Assembly: GCF_009914755.1 (NCBI RefSeq)
Contig: NC_060934.1
Source: the human T2T-CHM13v2.0 reference genome, Homo sapiens
Strand: one strand, 5' to 3'
DNA length: 64,000 nt
In this document: positions 11,067 through 24,400 of the stretch, one piece after another
Layout: the number at the start of each line of letters is the position of its first letter
Position numbering within the stretch: position 1 is the first letter of the stretch
Translations under genes and position numbers: made by a program
The notes under the pieces: model-generated
What the model saw: the letters and a program-made list of their open reading frames with translations, nothing else
Databases searched by the model: none
Told to the model about the DNA's origin: nothing

Positions 11067-13492
11067 TTTCTTCATACAACGCTAGACAGAAGAATTCTCA
11101 GTAACTTCTTTGTGTTGTGTGTATTCAACTCACAGAGTTGAACCTTTCTTTAGAGAGAGCAGAGTTGAAACACTCTGTTTTTGGAATTTGCAACTGCAGA
11201 TTTCAAGCGATTCTAGGCCTATGGCAGAAAAGGAAATATCTTCGTATAAAAACTACACAGAATCATTCTCAACAACTACTTTGTGATGTGTGCGTTCAAC
11301 TCACAGAGTTTAACCTTTCTTTTCATAGAGCAGTTTGGAAACACTCTGTTTGTAAAGCCTGCAAGTGCTTTTTTGGACTTCATTGAGGCCTTCGTTGGAA
11401 ACGGGATTTCTTCATATAATGCTAGACAGAAGAATTCTCAGTCACTTCTTTGTGTTGTGTGTATTCAAGTCACAGAGTTGAACCTTCCTTTAGACAGAGC
11501 AGTTTTGAAAAATTCTTTCTGTGTAATTTGCAAGTGGAGATTTCAAGCGATTTGAGGCTAATCTTTGAAATGGAAATATCTTCGTGTAAAAACTACACAG
11601 AATCATTCTCAGAAACTGCTTTGTCATCTGTGCGTTCAGTTCACAGAGTTTCACCTTTCTCTTCATAGAGCAGTTTGGAAAGACTCTGTCTGTAAAGTCT
11701 GCAAGTGATTAGTTAGACCCCTTTGAGGCCTTCGTTGGAAGCGGGATTTCTCATTTACTGCTAGACAGAAGAATTCTCAGTAAATCCTTTGTGTTGTGTG
11801 TATTCAACTCACAGAGTGGAACCTTCCTTTATTCAGAGCAGTTTTGAAACACTCTTTTTGTGGAATTTGCAAGTGGAGATTTCAAGCGATTTGACGCCAA
11901 TCTTAGACATGGAAATATCTTCATATTAAAAGTACACAGAGTCATTCGTAGAAACTAGTTTGTGATGTGTGCCTTCAACTCACAGAGTTTAACCTTTCTT
12001 TTCATAGAGCAGTTGGGAAACACTCTATTTGTAAAGTCTGCAAGTGGATATTTGGACCTCTTTGAGGCCTTCGTTGGAAACGGGATTTCTTCATATAACG
12101 CTAGACAGAAGAATTCTCAGTAACTTCTTTGTGTTGTGTGTATTCAACTCACAGAGTTGAACCTTTCTTTAGAGGGAGCAGAGGTGAAACACTCTTTTTG
12201 TGGAATTTGCTAGTGTAGATTTCAAACGCTTCGAAGACAGTGATAGAAAAGGATATATCTTCGTATTAAAAGTAGACAAAATAATTCTCAGAAAACTCTT
12301 TGTGATGTGTGTGTTCAACTCACAGAGTTTAACCTTTCTTTAATCGAGCAGTTTGGAAATACACTCTTTGTAAGTCTGCAGGTGGATATTTGGCCCTCTT
12401 TGAGCCCTTCGTTGGAAACGGGATTTCCTCATATAATGCTAGACAGAAGAATTCTCAGTAACTTCTTTGTGTTGTTTGTATTCAACACACAGATTTGAAC
12501 CTTCCTTTAGAGAGAGCAGATTTGAAACACTCTGTTTTTGGAATTTGCAAGTGCAGATTTCAAGCGCTTCTAGGCCTATGGCAGAAAAGGAAATATCTTC
12601 GTATAAAAACTACACAGAATCATTCTCAACAACTACTTTGTGATGTGTGCGTTCAACTCACAGAGTTTAACCTTTCTTTTCATAGAGCAGTTTGGAAACA
12701 CTCTGTTTGTAAAGCCTGCAAGTGCTTTTTTGGACTTCATTGAGGCCTTCGTTGGAAACGGGATTTCTTCATATAATGCTAGACAGAAGAATTCTCAGTC
12801 ACTTCTTTGTGTTGTGTGTATTCAAGTCACAGAGTTGAACCTTCCTTTAGACAGAGCAGTTTTGAAAAATTCTTTCTGTGGAGTTTGCAAGTGGAGATTT
12901 CAAGCGATTTGAGGCTAATCTTTGAAATGGAAATATCTTCGTGTAAAAACTACACAGAATCATTCTCAGAAACTGCTTTGTCATCTGTGCGTTCAGTTCA
13001 CAGAGTTTCACCTTTCTCTTCATAGAGCAGTTTGGAAAGACTCTGTCTGTAAAGTCTGCAAGTGATTAGTTAGACCCCTTTGAGGCCTTCGTTGGAAGCG
13101 GGATTTCTCATTTACTGCTAGACAGAAGAATTCTCAGTAAATCCTTTGTGTTGTGTGTATTCAACTCACAGAGTGGAACCTTCCTTTATTCAGAGCAGTT
13201 TTGAAAAACACTTTTTGTGGAATTTGCAAGTGGAGATTTCAAGCGATTTGACGCCAATCTTAGATATGGAAATATCTTCATATTAAAAGTACACAGAGTC
13301 ATTCGTAGAAACTAGTTTGTGATGTGTGCCTTCAACTCACAGAGTTTAACCTTTCTTTTCATAGAGCAGTTTGGAAACACTCTATTTGTAAAGTCTGCAA
13401 GTGGATATTTGGACCTCTTTGAGGCCTTCGTTGGAAACGGGATTTCTTCATACAACGCTAGACAGAAGAATTCTCAGTAACTTCTTTGTGTT

Positions 13493-16400
13493 GTGTGTAT
13501 TCAACTCACAGAGTTGAAACTTTCTTTAGAGAGAGCAGAGTTGAAACACTCTGTTTTTGGAATTTGCAACTGCAGATTTCAAGCGATTCTAGGCCTATGG
13601 CAGAAAAGGAAATATCTTCGTATAAAAACTACACAGAATCATTCTCAACAACTACTTTGTGATGTGTGCGTTCAACTCACAGAGTTTAACCTTTCTTTTC
13701 ATAGAGCAGTTTGGAAACACTCTGTTTGGAAAGCCTGCAAGTGCTTTTTTGGACTTCATTGAGGCCTTCGTTGGAAACGGGATTTCTTCATATAATGCTA
13801 GACAGAAGAATTCTCAGTCACTTCTTTGTGTTGTGTGTATTCAAGTCAGAGTTGAACCTTCCTTTAGACAGAGCAGTTTTGAAAAATTCTTTCTGTGGAG
13901 TTTGCAAGTGGAGATTTCAAGCGATTTGAGGCTAATCTTTGAAATGGAAATATCTTCGTGTAAAAACTACACAGAATCATTCTCAGAAACTGCTTTGTCA
14001 TCTGTGCGTTCAGTTCACAGAGTTTCACCTTTCTCTTCATAGAGCAGTTTGGAAAGACTCTGTCTGTAAAGTCTGCAAGTGATTAGTTAGACCCCTTTGA
14101 GGCCTTCGTTGGAAGCGGGATTTCTCATTTACTGCTAGACAGAAGAATTCTCAGTAAATCCTTTGTGTTGTGTGTATTCAACTCACAGAGTGGAACCTTC
14201 CTTTATTCAGAGCAGTTTTGAAAAACACTTTTTGTGGAATTTGCAAGTGGAGATTTCAAGCGATTTGACGTCAATCTTAGACATGGAAATATCTTCATAT
14301 TAAAAGTACACAGAGTCATTCGTAGAAACTAGTTTGTGATGTGTGCCTTCAACTCACAGAGTTTAACCTTTCTTTTCATAGAGCAGTTTGGAAACACTCT
14401 ATTTGTAAAGTCTGCAAGTGGATATTTGGACCTCTTTGAGGCCTTCGTTGGAAACGGGATTTCTTCATACAACGCTAGACAGAAGAATTCTCAGTAACTT
14501 CTTTGTGTTGTGTGTATTCAACTCACAGAGTTGAACCTTTCTTTAGAGAGAGCAGAGTTGAAACACTCTGTTTTTGGAATTTGCAACTGCAGATTTCAAG
14601 CGATTCTAGGCCTATGGCAGAAAAGGAAATATCTTCGTATAAAAACTACACAGAATCATTCTCAACAACTACTTTGTGATGTGTGCGTTCAACTCACAGA
14701 GTTTAACCTTTCTTTTCATAGAGCAGTTTGGAAACACTCTGTTTGTAAAGCCTGCAAGTGCTTTTTTGGACTTCATTGAGGCCTTCGTTGGAAACGGGAT
14801 TTCTTCATATAATGCTAGACAGAAGAATTCTCAGTCACTTCTTTGTGTTGTGTGTATTCAAGTCACAGAGTTGAACCTTCCTTTAGACAGAGCAGTTTTG
14901 AAAAATTCTTTCTGTGTAATTTGCAAGTGGAGATTTCAAGCGATTTGAGGCTAATCTTTGAAATGGAAATATCTTCGTGTAAAAACTACACAGAATCATT
15001 CTCAGAAACTGCTTTGTCATCTGTGCGTTCAGTTCACAGAGTTTCACCTTTCTCTTCATAGAGCAGTTTGGAAAGACTCTGTCTGTAAAGTCTGCAAGTG
15101 ATTAGTTAGACCCCTTTGAGGCCTTCGTTGGAAGCGGGATTTCTCATTTACTGCTAGACAGAAGAATTCTCAGTAAATCCTTTGTGTTGTGTGTATTCAA
15201 CTCACAGAGTGGAACCTTCCTTTATTCAGAGCAGTTTTGAAACACTCTTTTTGTGGAATTTGCAAGTGGAGATTTCAAGCGATTTGACGCCAATCTTAGA
15301 CATGGAAATATCTTCATATTAAAAGTACACAGAGTCATTCGTAGAAACTAGTTTGTGATGTGTGCCTTCAACTCACAGAGTTTAACCTTTCTTTTCATAG
15401 AGCAGTTGGGAAACACTCTATTTGTAAAGTCTGCAAGTGGATATTTGGACCTCTTTGAGGCCTTCGTTGGAAACGGGATTTCTTCATATAACGCTAGACA
15501 GAAGAATTCTCAGTAACTTCTTTGTGTTGTGTGTATTCAACTCACAGAGTTGAACCTTTCTTTAGAGGGAGCAGAGGTGAAACACTCTTTTTGTGGAATT
15601 TGCTAGTGTAGATTTCAAACGCTTCGAAGACAGTGATAGAAAAGGATATATCTTCGTATTAAAAGTAGACAAAATCATTCTCAGAAAACTCTTTGTGATG
15701 TGTGTGTTCAACTCACAGAGTTTAACCTTTCTTTAATCAAGCAGTTTGGAAATACACTCTTTGTAAGTCTGCAGGTGGATATTTGGCCCTCTTTGAGCCC
15801 TTCGTTGGAAACGGGATTTCCTCATATAATGCTAGACAGAAGAATTCTCAGTAACTTCTTTGTGTTGTTTGTATTCAACACACAGATTTGAACCTTCCTT
15901 TAGAGAGAGCAGATTTGAAACACTCTGTTTTTGGAATTTGCAAGTGCAGATTTCAAGCGCTTCTAGGCCTATGGCAGAAAAGGAAATATCTTCGTATAAA
16001 AACTACACAGAATCATTCTCAACAACTACTTTGTGATGTGTGCGTTCAACTCACAGAGTTTAACCTTTCTTTTCATAGAGCAGTTTGGAAACACTCTGTT
16101 TGTAAAGCCTGCAAGTGCTTTTTTGGACTTCATTGAGGCCTTCGTTGGAAACGGGATTTCTTCATATAATGCTAGACAGAAGAATTCTCAGTCACTTCTT
16201 TGTGTTGTGTGTATTCAAGTCACAGAGTTGAACCTTCCTTTAGACAGAGCAGTTTTGAAAAATTCTTTCTGTGGAGTTTGCAAGTGGAGATTTCAAGCGA
16301 TTTGAGGCTAATCTTTGAAATGGAAATATCTTCGTGTAAAAACTACACAGAATCATTCTCAGAAACTGCTTTGTCATCTGTGCGTTCAGTTCACAGAGTT

Positions 16401-19400
16401 TCACCTTTCTCTTCATAGAGCAGTTTGGAAAGACTCTGTCTGTAAAGTCTGCAAGTGATTAGTTAGACCCCTTTGAGGCCTTCGTTGGAAGCGGGATTTC
16501 TCATTTACTGCTAGACAGAAGAATTCTCAGTAAATCCTTTGTGTTGTGTGTATTCAACTCACAGAGTGGAACCTTCCTTTATTCAGAGCAGTTTTGAAAA
16601 ACACTTTTTGTGGAATTTGCAAGTGGAGATTTCAAGCGATTTGACGCCAATCTTAGACATGGAAATATCTTCATATTAAAAGTACACAGAGTCATTCGTA
16701 GAAACTAGTTTGTGATGTGTGCCTTCAACTCACAGAGTTTAACCTTTCTTTTCATAGAGCAGTTTGGAAACACTCTATTTGTAAAGTCTGCAAGTGGATA
16801 TTTGGACCTCTTTGAGGCCTTCGTTGGAAACGGGATTTCTTCATACAACGCTAGACAGAAGAATTCTCAGTAACTTCTTTGTGTTGTGTGTATTCAACTC
16901 ACAGAGTTGAAACTTTCTTTAGAGAGAGCAGAGTTGAAACACTCTGTTTTTGGAATTTGCAACTGCAGATTTCAAGCGATTCTAGGCCTATGGCAGAAAA
17001 GGAAATATCTTCGTATAAAAACTACACAGAATCATTCTCAACAACTACTTTGTGATGTGTGCGTTCAACTCACAGAGTTTAACCTTTCTTTTCATAGAGC
17101 AGTTTGGAAACACTCTGTTTGGAAAGCCTGCAAGTGCTTTTTTGGACTTCATTGAGGCCTTCGTTGGAAACGGGATTTCTTCATATAATGCTAGACAGAA
17201 GAATTCTCAGTCACTTCTTTGTGTTGTGTGTATTCAAGTCAGAGTTGAACCATCCTTTAGACAGAGCAGTTTTGAAAAATTCTTTCTGTGGAGTTTGCAA
17301 GTGGAGATTTCAAGCGATTTGAGGCTAATCTTTGAAATGGAAATATCTTCGTGTAAAAACTACACAGAATCATTCTCAGAAACTGCTTTGTCATCTGTGC
17401 GTTCAGTTCACAGAGTTTCACCTTTCTCTTCATAGAGCAGTTTGGAAAGACTCTGTCTGTAAAGTCTGCAAGTGATTAGTTAGACCCCTTTGAGGCCTTC
17501 GTTGGAAGCGGGATTTCTCATTTACTGCTAGACAGAAGAATTCTCAGTAAATCCTTTGTGTTGTGTGTATTCAACTCACAGAGTGGAACCTTCCTTTATT
17601 CAGAGCAGTTTTGAAAAACACTTTTTGTGGAATTTGCAAGTGGAGATTTCAAGCGATTTGACGCCAATCTTAGACATGGAAATATCTTCATATTAAAAGT
17701 ACACAGAGTCATTCGTAGAAACTAGTTTGTGATGTGTGCCTTCAACTCACAGAGTTTAACCTTTCTTTTCATAGAGCAGTTTGGAAACACTCTATTTGTA
17801 AAGTCTGCAAGTGGATATTTGGACCTCTTTGAGGCCTTCGTTGGAAACGGGATTTCTTCATACAACGCTAGACAGAAGAATTCTCAGTAACTTCTTTGTG
17901 TTGTGTGTATTCAACTCACAGAGTTGAACCTTTCTTTAGAGAGAGCAGAGTTGAAACACTCTGTTTTTGGAATTTGCAACTGCAGATTTCAAGCGATTCT
18001 AGGCCTATGGCAGAAAAGGAAATATCTTCGTATAAAAACTACACAGAATCATTCTCAACAACTACTTTGTGATGTGTGCGTTCAACTCACAGAGTTTAAC
18101 CTTTCTTTTCATAGAGCAGTTTGGAAACACTCTGTTTGTAAAGCCTGCAAGTGCTTTTTTGGACTTCATTGAGGCCTTCGTTGGAAACGGGATTTCTTCA
18201 TATAATGCTAGACAGAAGAATTCTCAGTCACTTCTTTGTGTTGTGTGTATTCAAGTCACAGAGTTGAACCTTCCTTTAGACAGAGCAGTTTTGAAAAATT
18301 CTTTCTGTGTAATTTGCAAGTGGAGATTTCAAGCGATTTGAGGCTAATCTTTGAAATGGAAATATCTTCGTGTAAAAACTACACAGAATCATTCTCAGAA
18401 ACTGCTTTGTCATCTGTGCGTTCAGTTCACAGAGTTTCACCTTTCTCTTCATAGAGCAGTTTGGAAAGACTCTGTCTGTAAAGTCTGCAAGTGATTAGTT
18501 AGACCCCTTTGAGGCCTTCGTTGGAAGCGGGATTTCTCATTTACTGCTAGACAGAAGAATTCTCAGTAAATCCTTTGTGTTGTGTGTATTCAACTCACAG
18601 AGTGGAACCTTCCTTTATTCAGAGCAGTTTTGAAACACTCTTTTTGTGGAATTTGCAAGTGGAGATTTCAAGCGATTTGACGCCAATCTTAGACATGGAA
18701 ATATCTTCATATTAAAAGTACACAGAGTCATTCGTAGAAACTAGTTTGTGATGTGTGCCTTCAACTCACAGAGTTTAACCTTTCTTTTCATAGAGCAGTT
18801 GGGAAACACTCTATTTGTAAAGTCTGCAAGTGGATATTTGGACCTCTTTGAGGCCTTCGTTGGAAACGGGATTTCTTCATATAACGCTAGACAGAAGAAT
18901 TCTCAGTAACTTCTTTGTGTTGTGTGTATTCAACTCACAGAGTTGAACCTTTCTTTAGAGGGAGCAGAGGTGAAACACTCTTTTTGTGGAATTTGCTAGT
19001 GTAGATTTCAAACGCTTCGAAGACAGTGATAGAAAAGGATATATCTTCGTATTAAAAGTAGACAAAATCATTCTCAGAAAACTCTTTGTGATGTGTGTGT
19101 TCAACTCACAGAGTTTAACCTTTCTTTAATCGAGCAGTTTGGAAATACACTCTTTGTAAGTCTGCAGGTGGATATTTGGCCCTCTTTGAGCCCTTCGTTG
19201 GAAACGGGATTTCCTCATATAATGCTAGACAGAAGAATTCTCAGTAACTTCTTTGTGTTGTTTGTATTCAACACACAGATTTGAACCTTCCTTTAGAGAG
19301 AGCAGATTTGAAACACTCTGTTTTTGGAATTTGCAAGTGCAGATTTCAAGCGCTTCTAGGCCTATGGCAGAAAAGGAAATATCTTCGTATAAAAACTACA

Positions 19401-20600
19401 CAGAATCATTCTCAACAACTACTTTGTGATGTGTGCGTTCAACTCACAGAGTTTAACCTTTCTTTTCATAGAGCAGTTTGGAAACACTCTGTTTGTAAAG
19501 CCTGCAAGTGCTTTTTTGGACTTCATTGAGGCCTTCGTTGGAAACGGGATTTCTTCATATAATGCTAGACAGAAGAATTCTCAGTCACTTCTTTGTGTTG
19601 TGTGTATTCAAGTCACAGAGTTGAACCTTCCTTTAGACAGAGCAGTTTTGAAAAATTCTTTCTGTGGAGTTTGCAAGTGGAGATTTCAAGCGATTTGAGG
19701 CTAATCTTTGAAATGGAAATATCTTCGTGTAAAAACTACACAGAATCATTCTCAGAAACTGCTTTGTCATCTGTGCGTTCAGTTCACAGAGTTTCACCTT
19801 TCTCTTCATAGAGCAGTTTGGAAAGACTCTGTCTGTAAAGTCTGCAAGTGATTAGTTAGACCCCTTTGAGGCCTTCGTTGGAAGCGGGATTTCTCATTTA
19901 CTGCTAGACAGAAGAATTCTCAGTAAATCCTTTGTGTTGTGTGTATTCAACTCACAGAGTGGAACCTTCCTTTATTCAGAGCAGTTTTGAAAAACACTTT
20001 TTGTGGAATTTGCAAGTGGAGATTTCAAGCGATTTGACGCCAATCTTAGACATGGAAATATCTTCATATTAAAAGTACACAGAGTCATTCGTAGAAACTA
20101 GTTTGTGATGTGTGCCTTCAACTCACAGAGTTTAACCTTTCTTTTCATAGAGCAGTTTGGAAACACTCTATTTGTAAAGTCTGCAAGTGGATATTTGGAC
20201 CTCTTTGAGGCCTTCGTTGGAAACGGGATTTCTTCATACAACGCTAGACAGAAGAATTCTCAGTAACTTCTTTGTGTTGTGTGTATTCAACTCACAGAGT
20301 TGAAACTTTCTTTAGAGAGAGCAGAGTTGAAACACTCTGTTTTTGGAATTTGCAACTGCAGATTTCAAGCGATTCTAGGCCTATGGCAGAAAAGGAAATA
20401 TCTTCGTATAAAAACTACACAGAATCATTCTCAACAACTACTTTGTGATGTGTGCGTTCAACTCACAGAGTTTAACCTTTCTTTTCATAGAGCAGTTTGG
20501 AAACACTCTGTTTGTAAAGCCTGCAAGTGCTTTTTTGGACTTCATTGAGGCCTTCGTTGGAAACGGGATTTCTTCATATAATGCTAGACAGAAGAATTCT
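13493..20600 (+). repeat. Tandem 20-monomer (6+6+8) super-repeat, 3393-bp period
   Basis: The GAAACTTTC variant (ELKLS ORFs) sits at 13493, 16886 and 20279, exactly 3393 bp apart. The first two copies also share TTTGGAAAGCC and a 2-bp deletion. Confidence 0.85.
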
Positions 20601-21463
20601 CAGTCACTTCTTTGTGTTGTGTGTATTCAAGTCACAGAGTTGAACCTTCCTTTAGACAGAGCAGTTTTGAAAAATTCTTTCTGTGTAATTTGCAAGTGGA
20701 GATTTCAAGCGATTTGAGGCTAATCTTTGAAATGGAAATATCTTCGTGTAAAAACTACACAGAATCATTCTCAGAAACTGCTTTGTCATCTGTGCGTTCA
20801 GTTCACAGAGTTTCACCTTTCTCTTCATAGAGCAGTTTGGAAAGACTCTGTCTGTAAAGTCTGCAAGTGATTAGTTAGACCCCTTTGAGGCCTTCGTTGG
20901 AAGCGGGATTTCTCATTTACTGCTAGACAGAAGAATTCTCAGTAAATCCTTTGTGTTGTGTGTATTCAACTCACAGAGTGGAACCTTCCTTTATTCAGAG
21001 CAGTTTTGAAAAACACTTTTTGTGGAATTTGCAAGTGGAGATTTCAAGCGATTTGACGCCAATCTTAGACATGGAAATATCTTCATATTAAAAGTACACA
21101 GAGTCATTCGTAGAAACTAGTTTGTGATGTGTGCCTTCAACTCACAGAGTTTAACCTTTCTTTTCATAGAGCAGTTTGGAAACACTCTATTTGTAAAGTC
21201 TGCAAGTGGATATTTGGACCTCTTTGAGGCCTTCGTTGGAAACGGGATTTCTTCATACAACGCTAGACAGAAGAATTCTCAGTAACTTCTTTGTGTTGTG
21301 TGTATTCAACTCACAGAGTTGAACCTTTCTTTAGAGAGAGCAGAGTTGAAACACTCTGTTTTTGGAATTTGCAACTGCAGATTTCAAGCGATTCTAGGCC
21401 TATGGCAGAAAAGGAAATATCTTCGTATAAAAACTACACAGAATCATTCTCAACAACTACTTT

Positions 21464-24400
21464 GTGATGTGTGCGTTCAACTCACAGAGTTTAACCTTTC
21501 TTTTCATAGAGCAGTTTGGAAACACTCTGTTTGTAAAGCCTGCAAGTGCTTTTTTGGACTTCATTGAGGCCTTCGTTGGAAACGGGATTTCTTCATATAA
21601 TGCTAGACAGAAGAATTCTCAGTCACTTCTTTGTGTTGTGTGTATTCAAGTCACAGAGTTGAACCTTCCTTTAGACAGAGCAGTTTTGAAAAATTCTTTC
21701 TGTGTAATTTGCAAGTGGAGATTTCAAGCGATTTGAGGCTAATCTTTGAAATGGAAATATCTTCGTGTAAAAACTACACAGAATCATTCTCAGAAACTGC
21801 TTTGTCATCTGTGCGTTCAGTTCACAGAGTTTCACCTTTCTCTTCATAGAGCAGTTTGGAAAGACTCTGTCTGTAAAGTCTGCAAGTGATTAGTTAGACC
21901 CCTTTGAGGCCTTCGTTGGAAGCGGGATTTCTCATTTACTGCTAGACAGAAGAATTCTCAGTAAATCCTTTGTGTTGTGTGTATTCAACTCACAGAGTGG
22001 AACCTTCCTTTATTCAGAGCAGTTTTGAAACACTCTTTTTGTGGAATTTGCAAGTGGAGATTTCAAGCGATTTGACGCCAATCTTAGACATGGAAATATC
22101 TTCACATTAAAAGTACACAGAGTCATTCGTAGAAACTAGTTTGTGATGTGTGCCTTCAACTCACAGAGTTTAACCTTTCTTTTCATAGAGCAGTTGGGAA
22201 ACACTCTATTTGTAAAGTCTGCAAGTGGATATTTGGACCTCTTTGAGGCCTTCGTTGGAAACGGGATTTCTTCATATAACGCTAGACAGAAGAATTCTCA
22301 GTAACTTCTTTGTGTTGTGTGTATTCAACTCACAGAGTTGAACCTTTCTTTAGAGGGAGCAGAGGTGAAACACTCTTTTTGTGGAATTTGCTAGTGTAGA
22401 TTTCAAACGCTTCGAAGACAGTGATAGAAAAGGATATATCTTCGTATTAAAAGTAGACAAAATCATTCTCAGAAAACTCTTTGTGATGTGTGTGTTCAAC
22501 TCACAGAGTTTAACCTTTCTTTAATCGAGCAGTTTGGAAATACACTCTTTGTAAGTCTGCAGGTGGATATTTGGCCCTCTTTGAGCCCTTCGTTGGAAAC
22601 GGGATTTCCTCATATAATGCTAGACAGAAGAATTCTCAGTAACTTCTTTGTGTTGTTTGTATTCAACACACAGATTTGAACCTTCCTTTAGAGAGAGCAG
22701 ATTTGAAACACTCTGTTTTTGGAATTTGCAAGTGCAGATTTCAAGCGCTTCTAGGCCTATGGCAGAAAAGGAAATATCTTCATATAAAAACTACACAGAA
22801 TCATTCTCAACAACTACTTTGTGATGTGTGCGTTCAACTCACAGAGTTTAACCTTTCTTTTCATAGAGCAGTTTGGAAACACTCTGTTTGTAAAGCCTGC
22901 AAGTGCTTTTTTGCACTTCATTGAGGCCTTCGTTGGAAACGGGATTTCTTCATATAATGCTAGACAGAAGAATTCTCAGTCACTTCTTTGTGTTGTGTGT
23001 ATTCAAGTCACAGAGTTGAACCTTCCTTTAGACAGAGCAGTTTTGAAAAATTCTTTCTGTGGAGTTTGCAAGTGGAGATTTCAAGCGATTTGAGGCTAAT
23101 CTTTGAAATGGAAATATCTTCGTGTAAAAACTACACAGAATCATTCTCAGAAACTGCTTTGTCATCTGTGCGTTCAGTTCACAGAGTTTCACCTTTCTCT
23201 TCATAGAGCAGTTTGGAAAGACTCTGTCTGTAAAGTCTGCAAGTGATTAGTTAGACCCCTTTGAGGCCTTCGTTGGAAGCGGGATTTCTCATTTACTGCT
23301 AGACAGGAGAATTCTCAGTAAATCCTTTGTGTTGTGTGTATTCAACTCACAGAGTGGAACCTTCCTTTATTCAGAGCAGTTTTGAAACACTCTTTTTGTG
23401 GAATTTGCAAGTGGAGATTTCAAGCGATTTGACGCCAATCTTAGACATGGAAATATCTTCATATTAAAAGTACACAGAGTCATTCGTAGAAACTAGTTTG
23501 TGATGTGTGCCTTCAACTCACAGAGTTTAACCTTTCTTTTCATAGAGCAGTTTGGAAACACTCTATTTGTAAAGTCTGCAAGTGGATATTTGGACCTCTT
23601 TGAGGCCTTCGTTGGAAACGGGATTTCTTCATACAACGCTAGACAGAAGAATTCTCAGTAACTTCTTTGTGTTGTGTGTATTCAACTCACAGAGTTGAAC
23701 CTTTCTTTAGAGAGAGCAGAGTTGAAACACTCTGTTTTTGGAATTTGCAACTGCAGATTTCAAGCGATTCTAGGCCTATGGCAGAAAAGGAAATATCTTC
23801 GTATAAAAACTACACAGAATCATTCTCAACAACTACTTTGTGATGTGTGCGTTCAACTCACAGAGTTTAACCTTTCTTTTCATAGAGCAGTTTGGAAACA
23901 CTCTGTTTGTAAAGCCTGCAAGTGCTTTTTTGGACTTCATTGAGGCCTTCGTTGGAAACGGGATTTCTTCATGTAATGCTAGACAGAAGAATTCTCAGTC
24001 ACTTCTTTGTGTTGTGTGTATTCAAGTCACAGAGTTGAACCTTCCTTTAGACAGAGCAGTTTTGAAAAATTCTTTCTGTGGAGTTTGCAAGTGGAGATTT
24101 CAAGCGATTTGAGGCTAATCTTTGAAATGGAAATATCTTCGTGTAAAAACTACACAGAATCATTCTCAGAAACTGCTTTGTCATCTGTGCGTTCAGTTCA
24201 CAGAGTTTCACCTTTCTCTTCATAGAGCAGTTTGGAAAGACTCTGTCTGTAAAGTCTGCAAGTGATTAGTTAGACCCCTTTGAGGCCTTCGTTGGAAGCG
24301 GGATTTCTCATTTACTGCTAGACAGAAGAATTCTCAGTAAATCCTTTGTGTTGTGTGTATTCAACTCACAGAGTGGAACCTTCCTTTATTCAGAGCAGTT